Of a DNA stretch of 64,000 nucleotides, positions 33,486 through 43,735 are shown in pieces. Source of the DNA: a virus. Lineage: Duplodnaviria > Caudoviricetes. The stretch spans positions 17,052 to 81,051 of IMG/VR virus record IMGVR_UViG_3300028532_000002; one strand, 5' to 3'. Both the position numbers and the translations under genes were made by a program. How positions within the stretch are numbered: position 1 is the first letter of the stretch; each line of letters starts with the position of its first letter. Under the pieces are notes generated by a model. That model did no database searches. It saw nothing but the letters and a program-made list of their open reading frames with translations, and was not told the origin of the DNA.

Positions 33486-35561
33486 TCAGGCCCCCCGGAT
33501 GGCGAGGTAGTGGATGTTCGTCGCGGTCGCGTTGGTCCGGTACACCCACAGCACGAACCCGTCCGGGGAGGGGTTGCGCAGGGTGACCTCACGCAGGGTG
33601 CCGCCGGGGACCGCGGTGACGGCGGTCAGCTGCACCCGCACCGGCCCGGTCCCGGTGAGGTTGAGGCCGGTCACTGTGACCGGCGTCGGCGTGTTCGGCA
33701 CCGGGGAGACGTTGATCGTGCCGGTGCGGATGTTGCCTGCGGACAGCGCCCCGGTGATGGTGGCGTCGCCGACGACGATGGAGGGGTCGGTGGCAGGGGT
33801 CAGGGACACCACCCGGCGTGCACGGTGGCGCATCAGGCCCGTGGACGCCAGATCCATTTCCCAGGTGTGGCCGGTGAAATCCGCGTCCACGGCCAGGTCG
33901 TCACGGCGGATCGAGTACACGTCATCGTGGGAGTGCAGTGGGTTCAGGGCGGTCGCGAACTCCTGCGCCTCGTACAACTGGCTCGACTCGAACGCGACCT
34001 GGGCTATCTGTTCGATCAGCGCCGACTCCGAGGTGGCGTCCTGTTGGTCGCGGACTTCGGTGATGACCCGCCCGCGCCGCACCGTCGACGTCGGCGAGGC
34101 CGGGTCGCGGTTCGTGAACGTGATGTTCAACTCGTCGCGGTCCGGCTCCGAGACGGTGCCCGTCCACCGGTTGGGGACGGCGTACAGGTCGTACTCCTCC
34201 ACGGCGTCGGGCACCATGATCGACCTCGAGTCGTCGACGTACACGAACTCGGTCGCCCTCTGGCCGGGCGGGACGTAGGGGGCGGCTACCGCTGTCCCCT
34301 CCTCATCGAAGGACAGCGACCTGTAGTTGATGGACGAGAGCAGGTCGGCGATGATCATCGCCCGCGACGTGCCCGGGTCCCAGTCGCGCGGGGTCGGCAT
34401 CACCTCCACGGAGGGGGTGATCTGGTGCTGCACGACCCCGGCCTGCTCCAGGACCCGACGCACCTCCCCCGTCACCAAGTCGGTCGGGTTCGCGTTCAGC
34501 TCGAACCGGGAGAACCGGAACTGCGGGGACACGTTGGTGTTGGCGGCGGCCGTGCTCACGGACACCCCGAACTGGCCGTCGGCGACCTGCGCCGAAGTGA
34601 TGGTGCGCTCCAGCATCCACCCGGTCGGCTCCGGGGTGCCGTCCAGCCATACCCGCGCCATCAGGTCCTGGCCGACCAGGCGGGCCCGCGCGTGCAGCCA
34701 CCCGCCGGCGGTGTAGGTCAGCCCCGTCGGTTCGGTGGCCCCGACCTGTGATGTGCCGCTGGCCGCCGACATGGACACGGACCCGTCCACCCCCAGGTGG
34801 ATGCGGGCCCGGTAGTAGACGCCGACACCGATGTAGCGGAGCAGGAGGGAGGGCAGGTAGGTGGCGCCGGTCGCGATCTGGTTCACGGACAGGCGTGTGT
34901 ACACTTCCCCGTCCCGGTAGCGGCGGTCGGGGATGCTTACCCGCACGATGGAGGGGCTCCCGGTCAGGGTCACCGACCCGATCCCGTTGCTGACCGTGTA
35001 GACGGTGTTGGCGGTGCTCTGCTGCCAGACGGGCCCTACGTCCGGCGTCCCCCAGAACCCGGAGGCGGTGCGCTGGTACGTGTCGAGGATGTCGAGGTGG
35101 GCGCCAGTGGTGTACCGGCCGGGGATCTGGTCGTCCGCGAGGATGACTCCCTGGTCGTAGGCCTGGATGTCGCGCCACACGTACCGTGTGGCGTCGACCG
35201 ACTGGGTGGGAGTGGTGGGCAGGAAAACCCCGAGCGGCCACTCCACCCAGTCCTGAGGGCCGTAGGGGGGCAGGTGCAGACGGGCCCACGGCTGGATGCG
35301 GTTCGACCCCCAGTCCACGCCGGTCCCCGACCGGACCCGCAGGGACAGATCCCTCTTGATGTCCCCCAGGTTGTTGAGGGTGACGCGGCCGGAGTCCGCG
35401 GCGACCTCGTCCAGGGGGCGCAGCAGCCGGTTGGTGCGGTCTAGGAGGTCGTAGCGGAACGTCATCCGCTGGGAGCCGTCGACGCCGTGCAGAGCACGCC
35501 GCACCTCGTCCTCGGTGTGCCCGTTGGGGTTGCGGGGCCCCTGCACTGGGATGGGCTGCAT
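33486..35561 (-). CDS. Minor tail (Tal/hub-like) protein with C-terminal lectin-like domain
   Basis: Downstream of tape measure; actinophage minor-tail motifs (YLPSLLLRY, ELLSSINY-like ADLLSSINY, VPNRW). Confidence 0.8.
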   Translation of the reverse strand: MQPIPVQGPRNPNGHTEDEVRRALHGVDGSQRMTFRYDLLDRTNRLLRPLDEVAADSGRVTLNNLGDIKRDLSLRVRSGTGVDWGSNRIQPWARLHLPPYGPQDWVEWPLGVFLPTTPTQSVDATRYVWRDIQAYDQGVILADDQIPGRYTTGAHLDILDTYQRTASGFWGTPDVGPVWQQSTANTVYTVSNGIGSVTLTGSPSIVRVSIPDRRYRDGEVYTRLSVNQIATGATYLPSLLLRYIGVGVYYRARIHLGVDGSVSMSAASGTSQVGATEPTGLTYTAGGWLHARARLVGQDLMARVWLDGTPEPTGWMLERTITSAQVADGQFGVSVSTAAANTNVSPQFRFSRFELNANPTDLVTGEVRRVLEQAGVVQHQITPSVEVMPTPRDWDPGTSRAMIIADLLSSINYRSLSFDEEGTAVAAPYVPPGQRATEFVYVDDSRSIMVPDAVEEYDLYAVPNRWTGTVSEPDRDELNITFTNRDPASPTSTVRRGRVITEVRDQQDATSESALIEQIAQVAFESSQLYEAQEFATALNPLHSHDDVYSIRRDDLAVDADFTGHTWEMDLASTGLMRHRARRVVSLTPATDPSIVVGDATITGALSAGNIRTGTINVSPVPNTPTPVTVTGLNLTGTGPVRVQLTAVTAVPGGTLREVTLRNPSPDGFVLWVYRTNATATNIHYLAIRGA

Positions 35562-38500
35562 CAGCGCTCACCCCCGGGCAGGTCCGAGCTGACGCGGGTC
35601 ATGGTCCAGGAGGGCTGGTCGCCCCACTCGGTGTCGCCGACGTCGAAACCGTCCATGGTGCTGATCCACACCCGTCCCCTGTTGTCCCTGCACACGAGGG
35701 TGCGGCGGGCCTCGTTCCACGAGCGCAGGCTGTCGGTGGCGGGCAACCGGCCGGGGCCCTCGGGGATGTCCACGGTGATCGACCAGGTGTCGATGCGGGT
35801 GTCGCCCCACGCCGCGACGGGCAGGGCCCGGCCCACGAACTGGTGGTGGGCCTGCTCCACCGCGCTGCTGTCGGAGCGTTGGGCGCGGCCGTACAGGTAC
35901 TGGGTGATGGTGTCCTCCGGGGCGGCCGGGTCGTGCAGCCACACCCCGAGGAAGTCGACCCTGCCGGGCGCCGGGGCGGAGTCCACGGTGACGCCGTCCG
36001 GCGCCAGGGCGCGCGCGAGGTAGGTGTAGACGCGGCCGGACCCGGCGAGGTAGTCGCGCAGGGCCTCGCCGGGGGCGACGGTGCCCACCAGCTCCGGCCG
36101 CCCGCCCCGGTAGGTGCGCCAGACCTCGTTGGCGGTGGGGGCGGGCACGTCGGAGGCGGTGCGCACCTCGACACCGTCCACGAACAGCACCTGCCCGTCC
36201 GTGGGGGCGGCCAGGTCGGGCCCGTACCCGGCTGTGGTCGCGCCCGCCGGCGCGGACGCGGTGTGCTCGACCAGGGTCCACTCCCCCGCCTCCACGGGCA
36301 CGTCCGTGCTCGCGGAGGCGAGCAGCGCCCCGTCGGTGCCGTAGAAGTCCAGGACCGGGCGGACGGTCGCCGCGGTGGGCGAGTACGCCCACAGGGCCAG
36401 GGTGTACCGGCGGAACTCGGCCACCTCGACCCGCCACACGGGCCCGCAGCGGATCCCCGTCGCCGCCGGGGCGCCGGCCACCTCCAGGCGCCCGGAGTGG
36501 GCGCCGGCGTGGGCCTGCTCGGTGGAGGAGGTCAGGGTCACCGACGCATCGGGCACCCACCCGTCGGTGCCGGTCTCGAACCCCCCGTCGAGCTGGGACA
36601 GGAGTTCGCCGGGTTCGGGGTTGTCGACCTCGATGCGGAGGTGCGCGCCGTCGGGGACGGGCACCAGGGCGATGGTGGGCTGCATCGGCGAGGAGTAGTC
36701 CGGCCGCACGAGCCGGGTCCCGGTGGAGGAGGCGACGCCGGCGGCGCGGCCGGTGACCTCGATCCGGTACTCCACCTGGGAGGCGAGCCCGGTGACGAGG
36801 TGGGTGGTGGCGGTGGAGGCGATCCACCCGGTGTCGGAGTGCACGGCCCCGGTGGCGGTGGCGATGGCCACGACCCGGTAGGAGTCCTGGACAGCGCCCG
36901 TCACCTCCCACACCACCTGCACGTCAGCGGTCTCCAGCGGCTCCAGGTCGGTCGCCGGGACCGTAATGGTCGTGTTGCCGCTGGCGCTGGTGGCGAAGAA
37001 CCCGAACCCGGAGAAGGGCCCGGCTTCGCCGAGGCGGTCCCAGGTGCGGACCCTCCACCGGTACGTCTGGCCGTTGGCGAGGGTGTTCGCGGGCAGAGTG
37101 TGGGAGGAGGAGGTGGCGGTGGTCTGCCCGGTGCTGTAGACCACCGTGTCGGTGAGGTCGTCCCACACCTCCAGCGTGTAGGCCGACTGGGTGTCGGCCG
37201 GGTTGGGGTCGCGGAAGGACCATGCGAACGTGGTGGCCGCGGTGGCGTCGAAATTCGCCTTCGCGGTCACCTGGGGAGCGTCGGGGGCCTGGTTGATCTC
37301 CTCGGCCACGTACAGGAGCTGCTCGGCGAACCCCTGCTGGTTCGCCACTGAGATGAGGACCTGCTGGCCGGCCGACTCGCCCCTGTGCACGCGGATGGCC
37401 CGGTTCACGGACCCGGAGGCTCCGATGTCGGTGGCGACCTCCACCTCGTCCCCCGCGGCGAGACCCGTGGCCAGGTTCACGTGGGTTTTCATCAGCCGCC
37501 GAGGGTTGGTGGCGTCCAGGTAGTACACCCACACCAGGTGGGTGACGGGGTCGTAGAGGGCATCCCATGCCGAGGACCCGGCGAGGGTGGTGGGTGCGGG
37601 CATGGTCGCCATGCCCAGGCCGTCCAAGCTCGCGCGTGCGAGCACCGACCACGTCGACCCTCCGGTGCCCTGCTGGCGGTGGGTGACGGTGATCCCGAAC
37701 CCAGCGCTGGAGGAGGCGTGCACGGTCACGCACTGGGAGGCCGAGACGGGCAGCACGCGGGCCTTGGCGTCGGCGTCCTTGGTGGCGTACTCCGCGGCGG
37801 TGTCCAGGGTGCGGACGGTGCCGATGGACGCCCCGTCGTCGGCGAGCTGGTAGCGGGCGAAGGACTGGGCGGCGCGGGCGCCGAGCGCCTGGTGCTTGGC
37901 CGTCGAGGTGATGAACCCGCGGTTGGAGACGTTGCCGTCGGCGTCGCGGACCGCGCACAGGTCCGCGAGCGTCCCGGTCTCGTTCGGGTAGTTGTTGAAC
38001 CCGTCCGCCGAGCTCGCGTCCACCATCGTGCCGTCGGCGTTCCCGGACCCGCGCAGGAGCGACCCCGTGCCGGTGAGGACGTGGTCGCAGGAGATGAGCG
38101 CATACCCGAGCGGGGTGCCCGCGTTGTCTCCGGCCTCGCGGCCGACGAGCGCCACGAGGGTGCCGCGGGTGCCGCCCTGCGGGTGCCACGCCATGGTGAC
38201 GTTGTTGACCCTGCGGTCGTAGGTGGGTAGGGCCGCGGTGCGGTTCGTGGTGGCCGCCGACCAGGTGTTCCCGGGCCCGCGCGTGTAGGCGCGGATGATG
38301 ATCTGGTTGTCGCCGTTGTCGTTGCACACGTACACCGTGTCGGCCTCGTCGCGGGCCATCGCGACGGTCTGCGCACCCCGGCGTTCCGCCACCGAGGACA
38401 GGGTGTCGATGGTGGTCGGCGCGGTGCCGTCGTGGTGGCGCACCAGGAAGGACAGCGGGCCCGGCGCGGGAGCGGTCTGCTCCAGCACCATGTGCGTGCC

Positions 38501-39127
38501 GTCGGACAGCTGTACCTGCGCCCCCAGAGACAGGTCGAGCAGGTGCTTGGTGGTGGCGGTGACGTACAGGGCGGGCCGCTGCGCCGCCGAGTTCACCAGC
38601 TCGGCCTGGCGCAGCGTCTGCCACTCCAACCCGCCCGGCGCCTGCTGGCCCCGGTTGCGGGAGGAGCACACCACGTACCGCAGGGACGCGGAGGCGTCGA
38701 GCTCGGCCAGGTCCAGGCCGGCGCGCATCAGCTGCCCGCCCGCCTGGTGGGCGCCCACGATGCGGGCCCGCAGCGCAGCCGCCGACAGCTGGGACGGGGT
38801 ACGCCAGTCCGCTGCGTTGATCAGGCTGCCGAAGTCGTAGCTGCGCAGCTCCATGTCGCGGGCAGTACCGGCCCCGGCCGTGGACCCGGCCTGGAGGCGC
38901 AGGTAGGCGCCCACGGGGGTCGCGGTGCCGTCGGTCGCCCAGTCCAGGCGCACGAAGGACTGCCACACGTACCGGGTGCCGGACGCGAGCGACTGCCCGT
39001 AGTACATCAGCGGCGCCGAGTTGTCGGGGGCCTGGACGTTGGACCCGGACAGGGCGGAGGAGTAGGAGCCCGACGACGACTCGAGGTAGCCGTCGAAGTT
39101 GTGGCCCAGGACGATGCTCACGGTCAT
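35561..39127 (-). CDS. Large minor tail protein with Fn3/Ig-like and CBM-like domains
   Basis: ATG 39127 in 4-nt overlap; PDAPQV...AWSFRDPNPADTQSAY, GFETGTDGW CBM-like segment. Confidence 0.8.
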   Translation of the reverse strand: MTVSIVLGHNFDGYLESSSGSYSSALSGSNVQAPDNSAPLMYYGQSLASGTRYVWQSFVRLDWATDGTATPVGAYLRLQAGSTAGAGTARDMELRSYDFGSLINAADWRTPSQLSAAALRARIVGAHQAGGQLMRAGLDLAELDASASLRYVVCSSRNRGQQAPGGLEWQTLRQAELVNSAAQRPALYVTATTKHLLDLSLGAQVQLSDGTHMVLEQTAPAPGPLSFLVRHHDGTAPTTIDTLSSVAERRGAQTVAMARDEADTVYVCNDNGDNQIIIRAYTRGPGNTWSAATTNRTAALPTYDRRVNNVTMAWHPQGGTRGTLVALVGREAGDNAGTPLGYALISCDHVLTGTGSLLRGSGNADGTMVDASSADGFNNYPNETGTLADLCAVRDADGNVSNRGFITSTAKHQALGARAAQSFARYQLADDGASIGTVRTLDTAAEYATKDADAKARVLPVSASQCVTVHASSSAGFGITVTHRQQGTGGSTWSVLARASLDGLGMATMPAPTTLAGSSAWDALYDPVTHLVWVYYLDATNPRRLMKTHVNLATGLAAGDEVEVATDIGASGSVNRAIRVHRGESAGQQVLISVANQQGFAEQLLYVAEEINQAPDAPQVTAKANFDATAATTFAWSFRDPNPADTQSAYTLEVWDDLTDTVVYSTGQTTATSSSHTLPANTLANGQTYRWRVRTWDRLGEAGPFSGFGFFATSASGNTTITVPATDLEPLETADVQVVWEVTGAVQDSYRVVAIATATGAVHSDTGWIASTATTHLVTGLASQVEYRIEVTGRAAGVASSTGTRLVRPDYSSPMQPTIALVPVPDGAHLRIEVDNPEPGELLSQLDGGFETGTDGWVPDASVTLTSSTEQAHAGAHSGRLEVAGAPAATGIRCGPVWRVEVAEFRRYTLALWAYSPTAATVRPVLDFYGTDGALLASASTDVPVEAGEWTLVEHTASAPAGATTAGYGPDLAAPTDGQVLFVDGVEVRTASDVPAPTANEVWRTYRGGRPELVGTVAPGEALRDYLAGSGRVYTYLARALAPDGVTVDSAPAPGRVDFLGVWLHDPAAPEDTITQYLYGRAQRSDSSAVEQAHHQFVGRALPVAAWGDTRIDTWSITVDIPEGPGRLPATDSLRSWNEARRTLVCRDNRGRVWISTMDGFDVGDTEWGDQPSWTMTRVSSDLPGGER

Positions 39128-39375
39128 CGGCCGGCCTCCGTCTGCGAGCCGAGGAGGGCGGCGATGGTGCGGCCCGGGTCGCCGCCGAGCGGGTCCAGGA
39201 GCCGCACCGGGGCCTGTCCCTGGTTGGGGCCCTCCCACACCAGCAGCATGGGGCTGTCGGGGTCCTGGGCGACAGCGGCGACGGTGGCGTACCCCTGGGC
39301 GCCCAGCACGCGCAGGGTGCCGTCGGCGCCCCGGTCGGGGTTGGCCGACCATAGGGCGAGCGCGTTCTCGTTCAT
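39124..39375 (-). CDS. Small tail-region protein
   Basis: ATGA overlaps at both ends. Confidence 0.7.
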   Translation of the reverse strand: MNENALALWSANPDRGADGTLRVLGAQGYATVAAVAQDPDSPMLLVWEGPNQGQAPVRLLDPLGGDPGRTIAALLGSQTEAGR

Positions 39376-42300
39376 CGGGTGGGGGCTCCTACTCGGGTAC
39401 GCGCGCCGTGGCGGCGCGCTTCGGACTGGAGGCGGTCGAAGAAGGCGACCGCGCTCTTCATCTGGGCGATGTCGGCGGCGGGGATGGTGATGGCCCCCGA
39501 CTCGAAGTGCAGGTGGACGTCGCCGCCGGTGCGGGTGGCTTCGGCCCAGGCGCGCATCTCCTCGCGGAGCACCACGAGCTCGGCTTCGCCGCGGTGGTTG
39601 ACGGCGGCCCGCTTGTCGAGGACGACGCCGCCTGTGTCGTGGGTGGGCGCCACGTCCAGGGCGCGGCGCATGACCTTGTCGCGCAGCGGCGTGAACGCGT
39701 CCGGGGTTTCCCGCTTGTCCTGGTTCCAGAACTGGCGGGCCTCGACCAGGCCGCCGCCCGCGAACGCCGGGCGGCGGATGCTGGACGCCGAGTTCATGTA
39801 CCCGAACTGCCTGCGCACCGCGTTGGATTCGTTGCCGCCGACGCTCTCGCCCGTGGCGGGGTCCGCGACGATGTTGATGTGGCCGGCGTCGGATCGGTAC
39901 AGGGCCAGGTCGCCCGGCTGGGCCTCTGAGCGTGACACCCGCGGCAGGGTCGTGAAGTTGGAGACGAGCGGTGTCCACCCGTCGCGGACCGCGTCCAGGG
40001 CCTTGTGTGCGTTGGCCTTCTTGAAAACCCAGTCCACGAACATCCCGCACCAGGCGGCGGAGAAGAACGGCTCGGTGAACTTGTTGGGCCGCCCGCTGAT
40101 GCCGACCTGGGAGCGGGCGACGTCCACGACCTTCTGTCCGTCGCCGCCCTCCAGCTGGGACGCGAACGGCGACCAGAACCCGTGGAGCTTCCCAATGAGG
40201 TGTTCGATGATGTTCGTGGGCAGGCCCTGAAAACCGGTGGACCCGTAGTCGTCGCGGAGCGCGCCGAGGATGGGCCCGGTGACGCCGTTGACGGCGTCCA
40301 TGAACCCGCCCTTGAAGAACCCGGACATCTTGTCGCCGAAGTCGCCGATGATGCCGCCGAACCGGAACCCCGGCAGGCCCGCGAGGAGGCTGCTGGCGCG
40401 GCCCTTGAGGTTGTTCGCGGCGTGCACGAACGACGGGCCGAGGGACTGCACGGCCTCGGGGACGAGCACACCCTCACCGTCGCGGAACAGGGCCACCCGG
40501 TTGTCCTGCGCGGAGTACCCGGGCTGGACGCCGCCGGCGCGCATGTCGACCATGCCGCCGTCGCGGAACCCGCGCGGCAGGTCCACCTTTCCAATACTTC
40601 CGACGCCGGGAACTTTATCCGCAATTCGATTCCATAGTTTGCGAATTCCCTCATTATAAACCGTGGAAATTACGAACCGAACGGGCTTTTTGGCGACTTC
40701 TTCCAGCTTATTCCAGACGCTTCTAATTCCGTCTCGCGCGCGCTCGAAACTACTAATTGCCCGGGATCGGAAACTGTCGAACGCGGCGGACACCTGGTCG
40801 CGCAGCGCGCGGGCGCGCGCCACCACCCAGTCGCGCATGGCCCCGACGATGGCGGTGCCGCGGTCGCGCAGGTTCGTGAGAGTGGAGACGCCGCGGTCGC
40901 GCAGGCCCGTGAAGAAGCCGAGCACCCGGTCGCGGAGCTGGAGGGCGGCGGCGACCGCCCGGTCGCGCAGCGCCCGCACCCGGGCGACCACCCAGTCCCG
41001 GAGTGCGGCGACCAGGGCCGCCCCGCGGTCGCGCAGGCTCACGAACCACCCGATGATCGCCTCGACCATGTCGGGGATGATCGAGTTGCCGACGAGGGTG
41101 TCGTACAGCCAGGTGAACGCGCCGACGACCGCGTCGACGATCCCCCCGACGATGTTCGTCAAGATCTGCCAGGCGCCGGTGACGATGCCGACCAGGGCCT
41201 GCCAGATTCCGGCGAAGACCTGCTTGATGCCGTCCCAGGCGCGCGACCAGTCGCCGGTCAGGATGCCGATGGCCGTGTTGAAAATGCCCTTGATGACCTC
41301 GAATCCGCCGGAGACCATCCCGGACAGGATCGTCCACAGGCCGGAGAAGTGGCCGATGATGCGCTCGCCGAAGGTCTCCCAGATCCAGGTGGCGGCGTCC
41401 GTGGCCCGGCGCAGGATCGTGCCGATGAGCTCACCGCCGAGGGAGACGATCTCACTGATCTCCGACCACCAGCCGGACACCGTGTCGAGGACGTCGGAGT
41501 CGGCGAGTCTGCCCTGGATGTCGTCCAAGATCGGCAGGAGCCGCTCGCGGGCGTAGTCCATCGACTCGGAGATGAAACCGCCGGCCTCGGAGAACGCGGC
41601 GCCCATCTCGCGCATCTTGCTGGTGAGCTTGCCGCCCGCCTCGTCGCTGTCCAGGAGCGCCGTGGTGAGGCCGCCGAGCGGGGAGATGAGGGTGAGCAGG
41701 CCGCCGGGGATCCGCTCCGTGATCCACACGTAGGCCTCGGACAGCCACCCGACGAGCCGGATGGTCCCGGTGATGAAGTCGAGGAGGCCGATGACGATGC
41801 CCCCGAAGACGTCCGGGTTCTCCTCGACCGTCGTGAAGAGCTCGGACAGGGCTGTGCCCATCCGGTCGAAGGCGCCCTCAAGTTCGGGGCCGATCACGTC
41901 CAGCAGCGCCGTGAAGGAGCCGGTGATGGAGTCGATCAGGGACCCGTCGCCCTCGAACGCCCCGAACAGGTCCGCGGAGAAGCGGGACAGGGCGGGCGCC
42001 ATGTCCGCGAATGCCTGCTCCAGGTGCGGGCTGAGGCTGTCGAACAGGTCGGTGAGGTCGTCGGAGACGTCCACCAGCGTCTGTTCGAGGGGGCGCGCGA
42101 TCTCCTGCATCGTGGAGACGACGTGGTCGCGCAGCCCGGAGAACGCCTCTCGGACCCGGTCGGCCTGGGCCGCCGCGAACAGGCCGATACCGGCGATCCC
42201 GGCGCCGAACGCCAACGTGAACGCCACACCGGCTGTGGCGCCGATCAGCGGGAGGGCGGCCATCGCCGCAGCTACGATGCCGACCAGCAGCCAGGGGACC

Positions 42301-42830
42301 TTGCCGAGCATCCCGAACGAGCGGGTGAACATGTTGGTGATGCCGCCGAGGCCGCCGGAGACCGCGTCGGACATGCCGCCCATGAACCGGCCGCCGCCAC
42401 GGCGGCCACCACCGCCCCAGTCGGGGCCGTCCTCCAGGCCCTTGATGAACCGGCCGTGGGCGTCGCGCATGCGCCCCTCGGCGCCGCGGGTGAACCCCTC
42501 GCCGAACCCTTCCCCGGAGTCCTCCCCTGCGGAGATGAACCGGCCGCGCTCCACGCGGATGCCGCGCTGGGCGGCGGAGGAGAACGCGCCCGCGTAGGCG
42601 GCGCCCTGCTGGGTGCCGGAGGCCACGAACCGGCCGCGGGCGTCGCGCAGGGGCCGGTGGGCGGCAGACACCCCGCGGCGCATCCCCGATCGGGCGCCGG
42701 CGGAGAACCCGTCGGTGTACCCGTCGGCGGCTTCCTGGCCGACCTGGCGGGCCGCGCGCCGCATCTGCGCCCGGTCCGTCTGTGCGGACACGTGCACATA
42801 CGCGGACGCGATCCTGAATCCGCCGGCCAC
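39372..42830 (-). CDS. Tape measure protein with C-terminal CHAP-like domain
   Basis: 1152 aa, Ala/Gly-rich helical repeats with periodic W/F; AWCGMFVDWVF...GDL...GHINIV...GGN. Confidence 0.92.
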   Translation of the reverse strand: MAGGFRIASAYVHVSAQTDRAQMRRAARQVGQEAADGYTDGFSAGARSGMRRGVSAAHRPLRDARGRFVASGTQQGAAYAGAFSSAAQRGIRVERGRFISAGEDSGEGFGEGFTRGAEGRMRDAHGRFIKGLEDGPDWGGGGRRGGGRFMGGMSDAVSGGLGGITNMFTRSFGMLGKVPWLLVGIVAAAMAALPLIGATAGVAFTLAFGAGIAGIGLFAAAQADRVREAFSGLRDHVVSTMQEIARPLEQTLVDVSDDLTDLFDSLSPHLEQAFADMAPALSRFSADLFGAFEGDGSLIDSITGSFTALLDVIGPELEGAFDRMGTALSELFTTVEENPDVFGGIVIGLLDFITGTIRLVGWLSEAYVWITERIPGGLLTLISPLGGLTTALLDSDEAGGKLTSKMREMGAAFSEAGGFISESMDYARERLLPILDDIQGRLADSDVLDTVSGWWSEISEIVSLGGELIGTILRRATDAATWIWETFGERIIGHFSGLWTILSGMVSGGFEVIKGIFNTAIGILTGDWSRAWDGIKQVFAGIWQALVGIVTGAWQILTNIVGGIVDAVVGAFTWLYDTLVGNSIIPDMVEAIIGWFVSLRDRGAALVAALRDWVVARVRALRDRAVAAALQLRDRVLGFFTGLRDRGVSTLTNLRDRGTAIVGAMRDWVVARARALRDQVSAAFDSFRSRAISSFERARDGIRSVWNKLEEVAKKPVRFVISTVYNEGIRKLWNRIADKVPGVGSIGKVDLPRGFRDGGMVDMRAGGVQPGYSAQDNRVALFRDGEGVLVPEAVQSLGPSFVHAANNLKGRASSLLAGLPGFRFGGIIGDFGDKMSGFFKGGFMDAVNGVTGPILGALRDDYGSTGFQGLPTNIIEHLIGKLHGFWSPFASQLEGGDGQKVVDVARSQVGISGRPNKFTEPFFSAAWCGMFVDWVFKKANAHKALDAVRDGWTPLVSNFTTLPRVSRSEAQPGDLALYRSDAGHINIVADPATGESVGGNESNAVRRQFGYMNSASSIRRPAFAGGGLVEARQFWNQDKRETPDAFTPLRDKVMRRALDVAPTHDTGGVVLDKRAAVNHRGEAELVVLREEMRAWAEATRTGGDVHLHFESGAITIPAADIAQMKSAVAFFDRLQSEARRHGARTRVGAPTR

Positions 42831-42840
42831 CGGCCACCCC

Positions 42841-43254
42841 CTACGTGCGCTTCTTCATCCGGCCGATCACGGGAGGCATCCCGTTGGTGTCGCCCTGGAA
42901 GGCGGGTGACATGGCCAGCTGGTCGAGGTCGCGCGGGGGCGCGTCCTGGGTCGGGGCGGACGGTGGGCCGGGGGTGGAGTGGCCGTGGTACCCGTCCGCG
43001 CGCTGCTGCTGCTCGTGCTCTCGTCGTGCGTTCTCGTTCTCGGACCAGCCGCGGACCGCCGACCCCTCCTGGAAGGGCAGGGCCTCGCAGAGGCGGAAGA
43101 ACCGCTCGGCGCCCATCTGGGGCGGGAACACCTCGTCGGCGATCCCGGGCCCCCAGTCGGGCGGCCACTGGTAGAACCGTCTGAAGTCCGCGTCGACCAG
43201 GTCGATGAGGTCTACGACCCACGCGACCTCGGCCGCGCGGGTCAGGAGTTTCCC
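42841..43254 (-). CDS. Tail assembly chaperone, frameshift extension (gpT-like)
   Basis: -1 frame from GGGAAAC (43254-43248) is open into the 42841..43131 ORF. Confidence 0.75.
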   Translation of the reverse strand, partial: GKLLTRAAEVAWVVDLIDLVDADFRRFYQWPPDWGPGIADEVFPPQMGAERFFRLCEALPFQEGSAVRGWSENENARREHEQQQRADGYHGHSTPGPPSAPTQDAPPRDLDQLAMSPAFQGDTNGMPPVIGRMKKRT

Positions 43255-43691
43255 AGGGCCTTCGACGTCGCAGAGGTCATCTTCACCTCCACGATGTCCA
43301 TGACCTGCTGCATGTTCTCGTCGGTCATGCCCTCGGCCTCGGCGAGGGCATCCAGGGTGTGCTCACCCAGGAGCAGCGCGAACGCCTCCGCGACGGCGTA
43401 CTGGTCACCGCCCGCGCGCACGTCCCGCAGGTACCGCATGGCCAGGTTCGGCGGCACGTCCTTGGGGATCGAGTAGGTGACGTCCTCCACGCGGGGGGTG
43501 CCGTCCTCGTCGACCTCCTGGTAGCCGTCCTCCCCGATGACCGGCTGGTCCTCCAGGACGAACAGGGCCTCCATCTCGACCTCGACCTCGGGGGCCTTCG
43601 CGCCGATGCGCACAGGCCCGTCCGGCAGCTGCGGGCGCACCCGCGGGGCGGCCGGACGGGCGGGGCGGTTCGGGTTCTTCTTCTTCGGCAT
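43242..43691 (-). CDS. Tail assembly chaperone (gpG-like)
   Basis: Between major tail and tape measure; ends at a slippery GGGAAAC. Confidence 0.85.
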   Translation of the reverse strand: MPKKKNPNRPARPAAPRVRPQLPDGPVRIGAKAPEVEVEMEALFVLEDQPVIGEDGYQEVDEDGTPRVEDVTYSIPKDVPPNLAMRYLRDVRAGGDQYAVAEAFALLLGEHTLDALAEAEGMTDENMQQVMDIVEVKMTSATSKALGNS

Positions 43692-43735
43692 GGTCTTCTC
43701 TCCGGTCTGGGTCGGTCAGGGGTGTGTGGCGCGGG

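Noticed and set aside
32896-35561. Tail-tip paralogs as DGR template/variable repeats or an invertible cassette
   Set aside because: No reverse transcriptase or invertase nearby; copies are diverged throughout rather than at adenines; all are co-oriented
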